NCBI GenBank assembly: GCA_002633005.1
Contig: NMRA01000078.1
Span: forward strand, 739,565-803,564
Direction of reading: 5' to 3'
DNA from: Phoronis australis
Taxonomy: Eukaryota > Animalia > Phoronida
Length of the DNA: 64,000 nt
Shown: piece by piece, positions 27,001 to 39,212 of the stretch
How the letters are laid out: each line of letters begins with the position of its first letter
Position numbering within the stretch: the stretch's first letter is position 1
The notes under the pieces: model-generated
The model's database searches: none
What the model saw: the letters and a program-made list of their open reading frames with translations, nothing else
Told to the model about the DNA's origin: nothing
Program-made: the position numbers and the translations under genes

Positions 27001-28075
27001 GCGATAGCCCTGCTAATGATCATCTGCGTCCTATGTTCGTTTAAAAGAGGAATTCAGTAAGAGAATCAATGAATGAATGTGCATTTTGGGGAAGAAATTG
27101 CACGTGTCACAGGTGTAAGATTGGGAATGGGGTACGGTAAGGGTGTACCTTTTTAGTCGGCAGCTCTTACGACAGATTGGGAGCCTTAAACATTTTATTT
27201 GGCAACCTGCGATTTTCAGTTTTGACGACCTCAGGTTTCGTTTGGCGACTTGGATTTTCGCCAGGTCGCCAGTGGAGAGCTGCGAAGGTCATAACTACAA
27301 TTTGGAACCTTTCCGCATCCTAGGCAATGTGATATGGAAGATGTTTTATGACTTGAAAGTTATCTCGATGTATATGAAGGTAAGTAGTGATCTTGCTCCC
27401 CTGCCCCCCCCCCNCCTGCCCCCCCCCCCGCCCCTCTCAAAGTATGAATACATGCTTCTGGAAAACATTCAGTGGCCCCTTGATTCCTAGATAATTGATG
27501 AGTACCAGCAATGTATGGCATTTCAGTGGAATTTCATCTGAAAGCTTCATATTTCAGTTTACAAAAATAGACAAGTTCAGCCTAGAATTGATTATAACTA
27601 CATGCTCTAAGTTGTTTGTTTAATATCGCATGTTTACTGCCTTCAAGCCAGCTCAGGGGCCACATAGAAAGCAATAAAGCAGTTTGGCAGCATCAGGCAA
27701 AATCCCAACCATATCCGCGTTAAAACTTAAGCTTTATAGCCCTGAAATATTTTTAAGTGATACGCTATCTCAATTCACTTTTTAGATGAGCAATTGATCT
27801 CGAGACTCTCGTTCGAGTTTCTACTCGGTTTTTTGTTAGAGCATCATCACCCTCAATCGTAATAAGGAAGAAAAAAATGGAGAACCTCATTTTAACTTAT
27901 CAGTTGGCTAATGATCCAGGCAATCGTGTCTGGTTTTAACCAACTTCTTAAAGTGCTAGGCTAAATAAAACATTTAGCATAATCTAAATGGTGGGTAATT
28001 AGACCAATTGCTCTACGCAACGCAACGATTGTACCATGAGAGAAAAGTAATCAGACAAAATATAATTTCCCTTGT

Positions 28076-28240
28076 CATGACGGCAAAAAATGACTCTATG
28101 ACTATTAATGCAGCAAAAAATGACTCCATGACTATTAATGCAGCAAAAAATGACTCTATGACTATTAATGCAGCAAAAAATGACTCTATGACTATTAATG
28201 CAGCAAAAAATGACTCTATATGACTATTAATGCAGCAGAA
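28076..28240. repeat. 30-bp minisatellite (ATGACTATTAATGCAGCAAAAAATGACTCT)n, ~5 copies
   Basis: Directly visible. Confidence 0.95.
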
Positions 28241-31200
28241 AAAACAGAATGGCTTATCCACCTTAGTACTAACTTTTCTGTTCATCCCTCTTTGTTCTCA
28301 GTCAAATGGAAAGACTAGTCAGGCAATGAATTCAACTTCAGACTTGCCCGTATGGCGGAGAATTCCGGGTCGTTTTGTCTGAATGCTTTTGATTTCTTGT
28401 CTACAACTTGAAACTGATATTGAAGAACTTGTAACATGCTAAGTCTTCGTGTCATACCCGGCAGCAACAGATGCGTTTCCAGCATCACTGCATTTAACTT
28501 AGGTCTAAAGCAGTCATGATGTCACAGAGTGATGTTAACAATCACGATTTTTGAAACAACAGGGCTCTCGATCACCTCAAAGGGAAAGGTGCCTGTGCCT
28601 TCTGCGCGGAATGTTTGGGGTGAGATGGAAAATTCTACCCCCAATCACCATCAGTAGCACACCCCACCCCTGCTGCAAGCTCTCACAGCGGCTCTGCCTC
28701 AAGCAGCCAAAACTAACTTTTTGTGCTCTTTTAAATTGTCACCAATGATTCGAGCCTCGAGGGGATTTTTTCAATCATACGTGGGGAATTTTTGGGCGTA
28801 ACAAGAATTTAAATGATTTGCCAACATTTTTCAGTGGAATAGGACTAACGTTCGGCCCCCAAAATCAAGGGATTGAGGACCCTGTTACAATATATGTTTA
28901 TGAACCCCTATTCTGTGGCATGAAACCATCATTTTGATCCAGTATTAGAATTTTGGTTTGGAACCCTTAACTTCGTTTTTTCATAGGTGAGTTAGCATTC
29001 TTGATTACTTGTGATTACATCATGGACAAAACGCAATTCAGCAATTGCTCTAAGATGAGGATTCACAACATTAACTTCTTTTATTCACTCAGAATTTTAA
29101 CTTTGACTTGATTAGAAATTGCGTAGGACCTTTAGCATTCTCTGGGCTTTAGTTGAACTTTTAACTTCTTTTTCATGACATGCAGATGCCAGCCACTTTG
29201 TAAATAGTCCAGTGACTAATTTGGGTTAATGTAACACCATGCCATAACTGCAGTTAAAACAGATCTATGAATAACTTGGAATGTAGTAGCCAAATAACAA
29301 TGACATATAATAATTACTCACAGGTCTCTAAAAGACTTGGAAAAACAACCTCATGACGTAGATATATTACATAATGTAAATGAGGGTTTTCTATTTATTT
29401 ATTCATTTATAACATTTAAAATGAGCCGAGGGTGAGGGTGGCCTCTTCAGACAGTCAACACTGCTTTCAAAGAGGGCCCTCAACAACAGTTACAGGTCAT
29501 AAGTTTCTGCCAATAAATTAGCAGTTTCTAGTGTTAACTGATAACAAATATAGTAGGAAACATCTAGTATTTGTTCCAATTCTTCATCTTGTATTTTCCT
29601 TTTCAAAAAAATATTTCTCCGCAACCGAGGACAACAATTCTCGGGATCTATCATCGACATTAAGTTGAGAGAACACATGAATTCAAAATTAACTAATACA
29701 ATCAGTCTTGAAATATTCCTTCCATGAGAGGACTAAAATTTTGACACCACCAAGAACACCAAGTCATTAACAACTCAAGAAAAGGCGTCTAAGTCCTTTA
29801 GAGATGGCCACCCAGTGTATTTTGTAAGCCTTTTTTTCTTGGAAAACTGTATGCATTAGTGTTTATGGCTAAGAAATGGAAATTATGCAGACACACCGAC
29901 TCATTTCGAGGAGTTCACCTTCATAAGTGGAATCAGGATGTTTGACCTCGAGAGCCAAGAGACTCATGGGCAACTGTGGGTATGATAAAAATCTACGATA
30001 CTATGAGCACAGCACTAGTGAAGCGGGCTGGAAGGGAAAACGTGAGATAGAGTGATACAAGGCCAGTGAAGCCAGCAGAGAGAGAGTTGAGGTTTCATCT
30101 TCCATTGGGAGGAGTTATCAGGAGGTCTAACTGGATTAGACCACACAGTGCACACACTTAACCACACTACACAAACAAGTAGGGCTGAGGAATGTTATGA
30201 AGTCACTCAACCACCAGCTATTGACTCCCTTTGCTAATCTTGGCTTGATACCAAATTACCAATATTATGTTGCAGCACAAGGCACTCCCTAAACTCTTCA
30301 GGAAAACCTGACAGATTTGACTCTTCTTAAAGATATAGGAAAACCCATTGTTTCACAGAACTAAAACGAACCAACAGCATTACCCTTTTGGTGCTAATTT
30401 AGATTTTTTAACCCCTTTCCCACCACAGAAACTTCACTTTCTTTTCAGACTAAAAAAAGTTATCACTAAGACAACATATGACGCAATTTTTTATAATGCT
30501 TACTACAACGTACAATAACAAGAGTTGAGCACAGACAGCGCTAAAACCCATTATATCTGGGCAACGATTACTGAGTAAGTGGCTTAGAGGCTAACTGAAA
30601 ATTGTTCTCCTGCCATTTACGAGTGCTTATGAAAATAATCAGAGACATTCTTCATCAGATATTCTCTCTTTTATTTATTTACGAGCATACATTGAGAACA
30701 CATCGGTTTACGTAGAAAGACAAAGTACACGTTTTGCAAGTCTCGCGTGATCGTATATCATTGCCACGACCTCTACCGATAACTTCGACGAAGCTTCACT
30801 CCGATCGTTCCCACTACACCGAAGTTTCGAAGACTACTGAAGTTTGGCTTTTAAATCCCACTGTTTTCAGTAAAGTTTTGCTTGCAGACTTAACTACCGA
30901 AGTTAAGCTTTCTTACATACAGAGAATTCAGTAAAAGCAAAGTTTAACCTCTAATGGGAATGCGGCTTTTGATCGAAGTTTGAAGCGCAACTAAATAGTT
31001 GAACATAACAAAGAAGTGTCGACACATACAGTGACAATGGATCAACTCCAGCGCCACCAAAGTTACCAGCAGATGACGCTGTTAACAACTGTGCATGTTG
31101 AATTTTTCATCATTCTAATTAAGTATAATAAGTATTTCATTTCAGTTTATTATCAAATATTGAATTTGTCCTATTAAGCCATTATGTCCTTATCACTCNC

Positions 31201-34077
31201 CCCAGTCCTTATTACTACCCCCCCCTCCCAACAGTATTTGAAACTTTTAACACAAGTGCCCACCCTTTCAGTCATGGAAATAATCCTACGTTGACAACTG
31301 GCCAACTCTGACTGGTTTGCACACCACAGAATTTGCCAGTTCAGATCAAAAACACCAAGTCAGTTTAAGTCTTACATTCTCTAAACAATGAGACTATCGC
31401 AAACATATTAGGGGCAACAACAGCATTTTCAAACTTTCACTTTGAGAGTTTGTCAATAGCACATTTGAATAGTTCATGAAAAGCACACATGATTAGGTTT
31501 TGAGTTTTGAAAATTGGACAAGAAATGTCACTTTTACAATCTAAAAGGTTTGTTAAATCTTGCAGTAATATGTTCCTCATGAATTCTGCTGGGGGTGCAA
31601 CATGACTGGGTCTCATACCAAACTACCTGAGGCAGCAATTAGATTTTAAGGTAAGCCAAGTCTCATCCCACTACAATTCCTGGCAAGGTGAAGCGAACAG
31701 TGTAATATTTAACGTGACTTTTCACTCTCTATTAATCCCAGTGATCTAACAAAAATATCACATTCCATGCCCAAACCTCCAGCCTCTCAACAGTTTTGAA
31801 GATTGCCAGTCAAAACACACTTCAAACTGTCCCCATGTTTCAAGAGAAGTAAATACCACACCAGGACAAATCACTCTATATACACACTAATTTACACATG
31901 CTCAGATGACATCACAAGAAATGCTTCCCAATTAACCAGTACAAGTTCCCTAGCATCCGATTTCTGTATTCGCCAATTCCGATCTAACATTCTTTGGAGT
32001 CTAATGTAGGTATGATGTAAATTCTTCATTTAAATGGAACACAAAATGCCACACAGGTGAAATTTACTTTGTCAAATTTCTCAACAAAAATCACTTTACA
32101 TGAAAATTTACTTAGCTTTTTAGCACAGTTTGTATAACATAGCTATTACCAAACAACATTTGGTAAATTTTTTAGCATTTGCAACAATGCGGTAAGCCTA
32201 TGAAAAATCAAAAATATGGAATTTTGGAGATTATTTTTGTCAAGTATTGAATGTTTTAAATTACACACTGCCGATTCAGTAGACATTACGAATAAATGCT
32301 TCAAAAGCTAACATTTAGGTAATGGCATATATATGTTATATAGAGCAAAAACAAGTTTTTCGTCGAAGAATTAATCAGGATACCGTCAGATTTTTTCCGC
32401 TCGTAACATTTCCGGCTTTTTCACCACTTCGGCAAATCCATTTGATTTGAACTAAGGATGACTAGTTCTTGAAAACGGCTTGGTGAATTTTACTGAAACT
32501 ATAAATTTTAATATTTATTCACCAGTCTCAAAAACGCTGTTAGGATTTTCCCTTTTAATGCCTAGTTTTCACACCGTAAGAGAGACGAATATGGCTACTA
32601 TTTATCACAAAAATACATTACGTATTGCAAGTCAGGTTGGCAAAGAAACAAAACCAAATGAGTAATCGAAAATTCCTAACAGAGTTTTCGAAATAAAAAC
32701 AGTTCCCTTAAAATCTACCAAAGTGATATTTCGCTATGAATGTACTGTGCTCGTCCAGGTAACGGACCATGTTTGGATTACCGCCCATCCCCGAAAATTT
32801 CGATTTTTCATGTTTAAGCGCCCATGCTCGGCTTACTGCCCACCCCCCCCAAATTTCTCATGAGCGAGACTTACATAAAAGTATCCTGTGCTTCTGTGAA
32901 CGTTCGTCGCACAAAATTAAGATTCCAAAACGTGCGCAACTCGCTTACCTTTCTGTGACAATCAATCAGTTTTAGCGGAACTTGGACCTTGCCTTACTAT
33001 GACAGTAAAATACCCATATTCTCATGCCCTTTTAACTGAAGGAGACACAATTGTTTCCTTTGGCTCACGCGCGGAACTCATGTCGGCATGTACTGATCAC
33101 TGAGACAGCAAGGCTTACATGCGCGAGCACTGAAATGACCTTGAGACAGCACAGCTAGACAGTCTCGTGGCGTTTCTTGAGTTGAGGCTCGTCTCCGTTT
33201 GAATGAACGTGGATATAGAATACATCGCCGAAGATGGGCCCATTTAAAAAATGCTTGCATGTCCTTCAGTCTGGGAGTACGTACAGTTGCCACACCCGAT
33301 TTGTCAATCATAACCTTGTCACCTTAGAATTTCGGCATTGTTTGGTTGGTGCGCGTTTGGTTGTTTTAGCGTTTTGCAGACGATAAAATGCAAGGCGTAT
33401 GGATGTCTACTTTGCACTATTTTGTGATTCACTCATGTAATATCAAAAAAATTATGTACACGGTATTATTAACCAGCCATGTCGTAACACATTCAAGGTC
33501 ATATGAGAAAATAGGCTTGTTGGACGTTATACTGAGCAAAAAAGTTACAGAAGAATTTGACATGTTCACTTTTAGCACCATATAATCCAATAATGGCAAC
33601 AACATTCTTGTGATTATTAGTTTAGAAAAACATAGAAATTCAGCAAGCACAATTTGGTGCATATCAAGCAGGCCACAAACATGGGCTAGATATTTGTAAA
33701 AGTTCATGTTTTCTGTAGTCTCTCAAATAATAAAAAAGTAATGGCTAAATTGTCTTTTTTTAACGCTCACTACATTGCTAAAAACTGTTCAATCGTGATT
33801 GTTGATGATAGCTGTACTACATCAAGTAAACTGTCTTGTTTATTTTTATTAAAAGTTTTCATCAAATCAAATTTTATTGGTCTGTGGGGGTGGAGAGGGT
33901 AGCAGGTCTTGGGGTTGTGGGAAGTTGGGTTTTGTAATTTGTAAACACAACTTCTTATAAAGGGCAGCGTCATCGCTAATAGTTGCTTGTATTTTGCTCG
34001 AACAATTACCATTCAAATTAAAAATACGTTTTATGTCAATTAGCATATGTAAATGTTCCCAAATTGACTGAAGTTCA

Positions 34078-34893
34078 ACAAACCTAGTTAACTTTGCAAC
34101 TAACAGGTGGATTTAAAAGCGGGGCGTCATTGCTGCGGTGCGGTATGAACAGTCAACTTCGGTCTCATCGAAGTTTTTGCCAGGGGCCACTCTTATCATC
34201 AACAAGTAACAACAGTGTTGTCACTAACAGTTGCTTTAGTTTACTTAAATAATCACCACCTGAATAAGAAATGTTTTATTTCAATTAGCACAAGTCATAT
34301 AAATGTTCTCAAATGGTGCGGTATGAACAATCAACTTCGGTCTCATCGAAGTTTTTGCCAGGGGTCACTGTTATCATCAACAAGTAACAACAGTGTTGTC
34401 ACTAACAGTTGCTTTAGTTTGCTTAAATAATCACCACCTGAATAAGAAATGTTTTATTTCAATTAGCACAAGTCATATAAATGTTCTCAAATGGTGCGGT
34501 ATGAACAGTCAACTTCGGTCTCATCGAAGTTTTTGCCAGGGGTCACTGTTATCATCAACAAGTAACAACAGTGTTGTCACTAACAGTTGCTTTAGTTTGT
34601 TTAAATAATCACCACCTGAATAAGAAATGTTTTATTTCAATTGGCACAAGTCATATAAATGTTCTCAAATTGTCACGTTAATAAAAATATTAGTGTGCAC
34701 GCGATGCATCAGCCTACTTTGCGATTACTTCGATCATAACAGTGTCACATGCTGTTTACTTCGATGTCCAGAATGAATGGCTCAGTTAACTTCGATGTCC
34801 AGAATGAATGGCTCAGTTAACTTCGATGTCCAGAATGAATGGCTCAGTTAACTTCTTAGTTGGTACCAGAGTTACATTAGTAAGAAAGGGCCT
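34078..34893 (-). mobile_element. Inverted copy of the Harbinger-like MITE, expanded by internal tandem repeats (178 bp x3; 31 bp x3)
   Basis: Reverse-complement similarity to 13811..14310. GGTGCGGTATGAACA unit starts at ~34137, 34315, 34493; CTTCGATGTCCAGAATGAATGGCTCAGTTAA x3 at ~34759..34855. Confidence 0.7.
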
Positions 34894-37267
34894 TATCTTG
34901 CTAATTGTCCTGTTAACAGACAGCCAAAGTTCACTTTCATGTCCCAACAAATCAATAGAGCTGTATTTTTAAGATTTTGAACACCCTTCACAACACAGCA
35001 AGTTTCCATTACCCAACAGACTATGATATATTTAGGATCTCATATAATGACATGGCAATGACCATGTGGTTGCCACTTTCCTGTTTAATAGAGTTACATA
35101 ACTAGTGATTTGTTGGTATCCTCAACAACCTTATCAAGAGGTCATCAGAGAAAGCATTATGACAATAATGCAATCCAATAGCTCAACTTCCTCTCCTAAT
35201 CAGATTAACTCCCAACAGACTGAGTGTCAACTTGCAGAATTCTACTGCACATATGTGTGGCCATCCTAAGACACTGGTTGATCCACCAACTTAGACATCA
35301 AACACACCAGGCTGCAGGATGATAATCCTCTTGGGTTGCCAATGCCAACTAATCTCCAGGAGATTTACGTAAATTGAGAAAATATGCTGAAAACCACGAA
35401 ATCCAACAAAATCAAACAAATATTTGTCAAGAACTGTAGCTGCTCTCCAGTTCTATCGGGTTCCTACGACCTCTTTGTCAATACTTGCGACACGTTTAAA
35501 TGGCGAGCCCCCTAATCAGTATGGAATACCGCCACCATCATTCAGAGTTCTGACACTGGCATGCTTTCAATAATTGTGTGTCAAGTTAAAAATTGATGAA
35601 AAGTCCTAATTTTTTACATTTTAGTTATATAATTAAAAACATATCATGGTCAAAAAAATTCACTCAGCTATCGTGGCAAAACAGGAGGCACGCATGAAAA
35701 CAACCCACACACACATGCACGGTAACACCTTGACACAATCGAGGTGTTCAATATGTACTGTGCTATTTGCAAAGTACATGGTGCAAGGTACTCTCACTGC
35801 AGTGACACTAAATTGAGAATTGAATTGCCATGAATACTGGTGTCGCCAGTGCGACTTCAGCTTATGTTTGGCGACCTGGAAAAATTCCAAGTCGCCACTG
35901 CGAGCATGGATATTCCTGGATTGCGCCTTTGCACCATTATCACATAAAAAATAAAAACGCGCAAGGACATTGCAGCACTGTGCACCCCNCCCCCCCGGGC
36001 GCATCTTTTAAAATGCAACACCCTTCCCAAAAATGCAAGATTCTAGTCCATTACGGCGTTTTCCCATTGCTCTCAACTTGTTAGATTCCATATGCCAACA
36101 ACAAGTTGGGAAGATGACCCCTGTAGCCAGTATCTTACACAAATGATTAACTCCATTCTGGCATTTATGGAAGGCCAGCTCTATTTTGTTCGATAATTGC
36201 TCCACTCTCCAACAAGATCATATCTAGCCCGACAGGGCAGTGATATTAAAAATAAAAGTTAAGTTATAACATCTTTGAACATAAACCAATAGCATTTCTG
36301 AAATCCTCGTCGTGTTCAGTTTTTGGATCGCCAAAATCGCCCAACTACAACCAATGTTACGACACTCTATTCTTTCTGAATGAACCAATTCGCTCTGTTT
36401 CACACAGGCCTGTAATAAGCCTGGTAGATAATTGGTCTGCCTGTTGTCATACCGGACAAAATACTGTGCTTGGCAGTTAAAAAAAAGAAGCTGGATGTTA
36501 TCACACCCTCACAACCCTCTACGTCTGGTAAAGTCACTGAACGAGAAAACGCTGTCATGCCCAAACTCTATTGTTTAAGCTGACTGAGCAGGGACACTGG
36601 GGCAACTTGACTTGTGTACATCATGGCTTATCGATGCAATTTAAATATCCCAAAACTGGCAAAAGAATGCAGTAACATTCTTACATATGTATATCAAATA
36701 TCACAGAATGTACATGGGCATGGCAGCGCTATGGTACAAAGCCACAAAGGTGTCCAAAATGGGGGTACACTGTTGACTAGACCATATAGTTCCAATGCAG
36801 GGGTCAGCAAGTGCAAACTAGGACAGTTCATATTAACCATAAATGTACTCAGCAAGACACTTCTATTGAGTTTATGAAACAGTAGACAGAGAAACGTCAA
36901 AGGATTAGACCTCGTGCCGTCGTGGCTATAATTTACTTTTTACGGCTTTCAAGTTCAAGCCTTCAAGTAACGTCGGTTGGAAGCCAAGAAAATTCGGATT
37001 AGCCTTTACTTCTTTTTGATATCATTACGAGAGCAACTGAAAAAAATCTTTGAATTGTTCAATGCTTGGGCCGACAGTCGATCCGGCATTAGTCCCTAAC
37101 TTGGAACTGCCGAAGGCGTCCAGATTCCGCGGGAAGCAGACGACCAACAGAATAACTAGCAAACAAGTAATCATCAGTAATTTCAATGTTTACTTAGATA
37201 ACGCTACAAAATGACAATACAACAAAACAGTGTGTAATTGCGGTAATATAATCAGACTTTAACTTAC

Positions 37268-37316
37268 CTACGCAGCATAAAAAACCCACAGCAAGCAATG
37301 TCTTCACAGGTCCCAT
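37268..37316 (-). CDS. First coding exon, signal peptide MGPVKTLLAVGFLCCV(G), of the minus-strand secreted/membrane protein gene
   Basis: AAG-ATG-G Kozak context, basic then hydrophobic peptide, consensus AG|GTAAGT donor (phase 1), CpG-enriched surroundings. Confidence 0.7.
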
Positions 37317-37700
37317 CTTCAACACGTTGTACTGACACTGCCCGCGAATTCAAAATGGCTTCGAAGTTAAGCGTTGCTCCTCCAAGAAGGTGCCAACGAC
37401 TTGGCAAGTAGGCTAATTATGCAACTCAAGTCAAAGAAAATTAGAGAAAGACGCGTAATCTCGTTGTATGGTTTGATTTCGTGAGAAGTGAAGCGTAACA
37501 ATGACATCAGCAAACCATTCAGCTTGACCGAGGGCGCGGCGTATTTAGTAGGCTACTGTCCACTTCAGTGCGTCGATGGTGAAAGTGAGACGCCTGCCGA
37601 ACAATCAATTTGGGTGTCGCGTTCCAACACAGATTATGTTGCCAAACGATGATCGCGAAGCAGAAACTATTTCCCACTTAGCCAAAACATCAAGATAAAT
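37317..37700 (-). promoter_or_regulatory. Probable 5' UTR/promoter of the minus-strand gene
   Basis: Local CpG enrichment immediately upstream of the ATG exon; YY1-like CAAAATGGC at ~37351. Inference only. Confidence 0.35.
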
Positions 37701-39163
37701 AAGCGGAAGAAACTCATTTGCGTTTAATGATTCATTAACACAAGAGAAGGCTAAATGTCAAACGCATAACCGAAAGTCCTGGTTACGGAGTGCATGCGCC
37801 AAAAACCAGAAAAGAAAGACAGAAAAACAAGAAGAGAGAAATGCAACTGAAGAGAATATTTGTAAACCACGAGTGCTTTGATTTATCCTTCGAAGTCCCA
37901 GGCCATGACATTGTTTTTGGGGCCCCATTTTGTACTGATGAACGCATTTGAATCGTACTCATTCGTACGTGTAGGCTATTTAAAAGATTAGTCGAGGAAA
38001 TTTGTGAAGCACAGTTTTTGCACAGCATATTAATTCACTGGATTTTAAATTCAAGAGGAGAATGCTAGGGAGTGAAAAACTATATTTCACCAGGGACTAG
38101 TCTCTGACAAGAGATAACGGAATCTTCTGTCGCTCTCCTTTTTCGTTGTTCCCGAAATAGTATATCACTAGATGAAAATTGAAAGCCTGACAGATCACAT
38201 CAATTGTTGTTCATTTCCTTTTTTGAAATTACAGATCCTTTTTATAATTAAAGGCCCAGCCCTTGGAGAGGCCCGTTGATGTATTGTTATCGCGGCAACC
38301 CTTTTGATAGGAGGATCCAGGGATGTCAAATGGGTCCGGACCCCTTTTTTACCCTTGATTTTAGTGATGTCAGATCTACAGTTTTCAAATTGTTGACTTG
38401 GACCTCCCTTTTTTAAAAATCTTTGATCCGACCCCCGCCTCTTTAAAAATCCTGGATCCGCCCCTGTGCTTGGTGATTTTTATTAGTAGCTGTTTAAAAG
38501 GCCGCTTATGGAGGGAGGGCCTAATGATACAATCTAATACCTCAGTTTTCCTGTTTCAGTGAAATCGTACAACCTTTTATGCTGAGGAAGGTCATTTCCG
38601 ACCCCTATATTCCACCGAATGCTCCTCCAGAGTCTGCGAGCATGCCATCGGAAATTCTTCATAATATTCTGTTTTGATAAACTAAACATTCGTTGGTTAC
38701 TGATTTACATGTACGAAAAACGAATGATTCATAGATGAGTTTTTGACGCTAATTTTGTAAGAATTGATGATGCTTCAGTTAACTCAATTGCAGACTGAAG
38801 GTGAGGAAATTTTTCCGTTCCCCAAATAATAAAGTACTCAAGACGTTCTTTGCTATCTAAAATAACTATCAAAGGCATGATAAAATTCGAAGATTCTACA
38901 GGGTTTCTCAAAAATGTACTTGCAATTCAGGACAGTAAGTTGTTTATTGACTTAGGAACAAGATTAGCGGTGTAAACTCACNCATTAGTCCCTAACTTGG
39001 AACTGCCGAAGGCGTCCAGATTCCGCGGGAAGCAGACGACCAACAGAATAACTAGCAAACAAGTAATCATCAGTAATTTCAATGTTTACTTAGATAACGC
39101 TACAAAATGACAATACAACAAAACAATGTGTAACTGCGGTAATATAATCAGACTTTAACTTAC

Positions 39164-39212
39164 CTACGCAGCATAAAAAACCCACAGCAAGCAATGTCTT
39201 CACAGGTCCCAT
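39164..39212 (-). CDS. Duplicate copy of the signal-peptide exon (inside the 1.9-kb duplication)
   Basis: Same sequence as 37268..37316 at offset 1896. Confidence 0.45.

Noticed and set aside
28008-28285. ORFs with AAKNDSMTIN / IESFFAALIV repeats; CRISPR-like regularity
   Set aside because: Pure 30-bp tandem repeat with no unique spacers, in a eukaryotic context. No CRISPR array was seen anywhere in the window.
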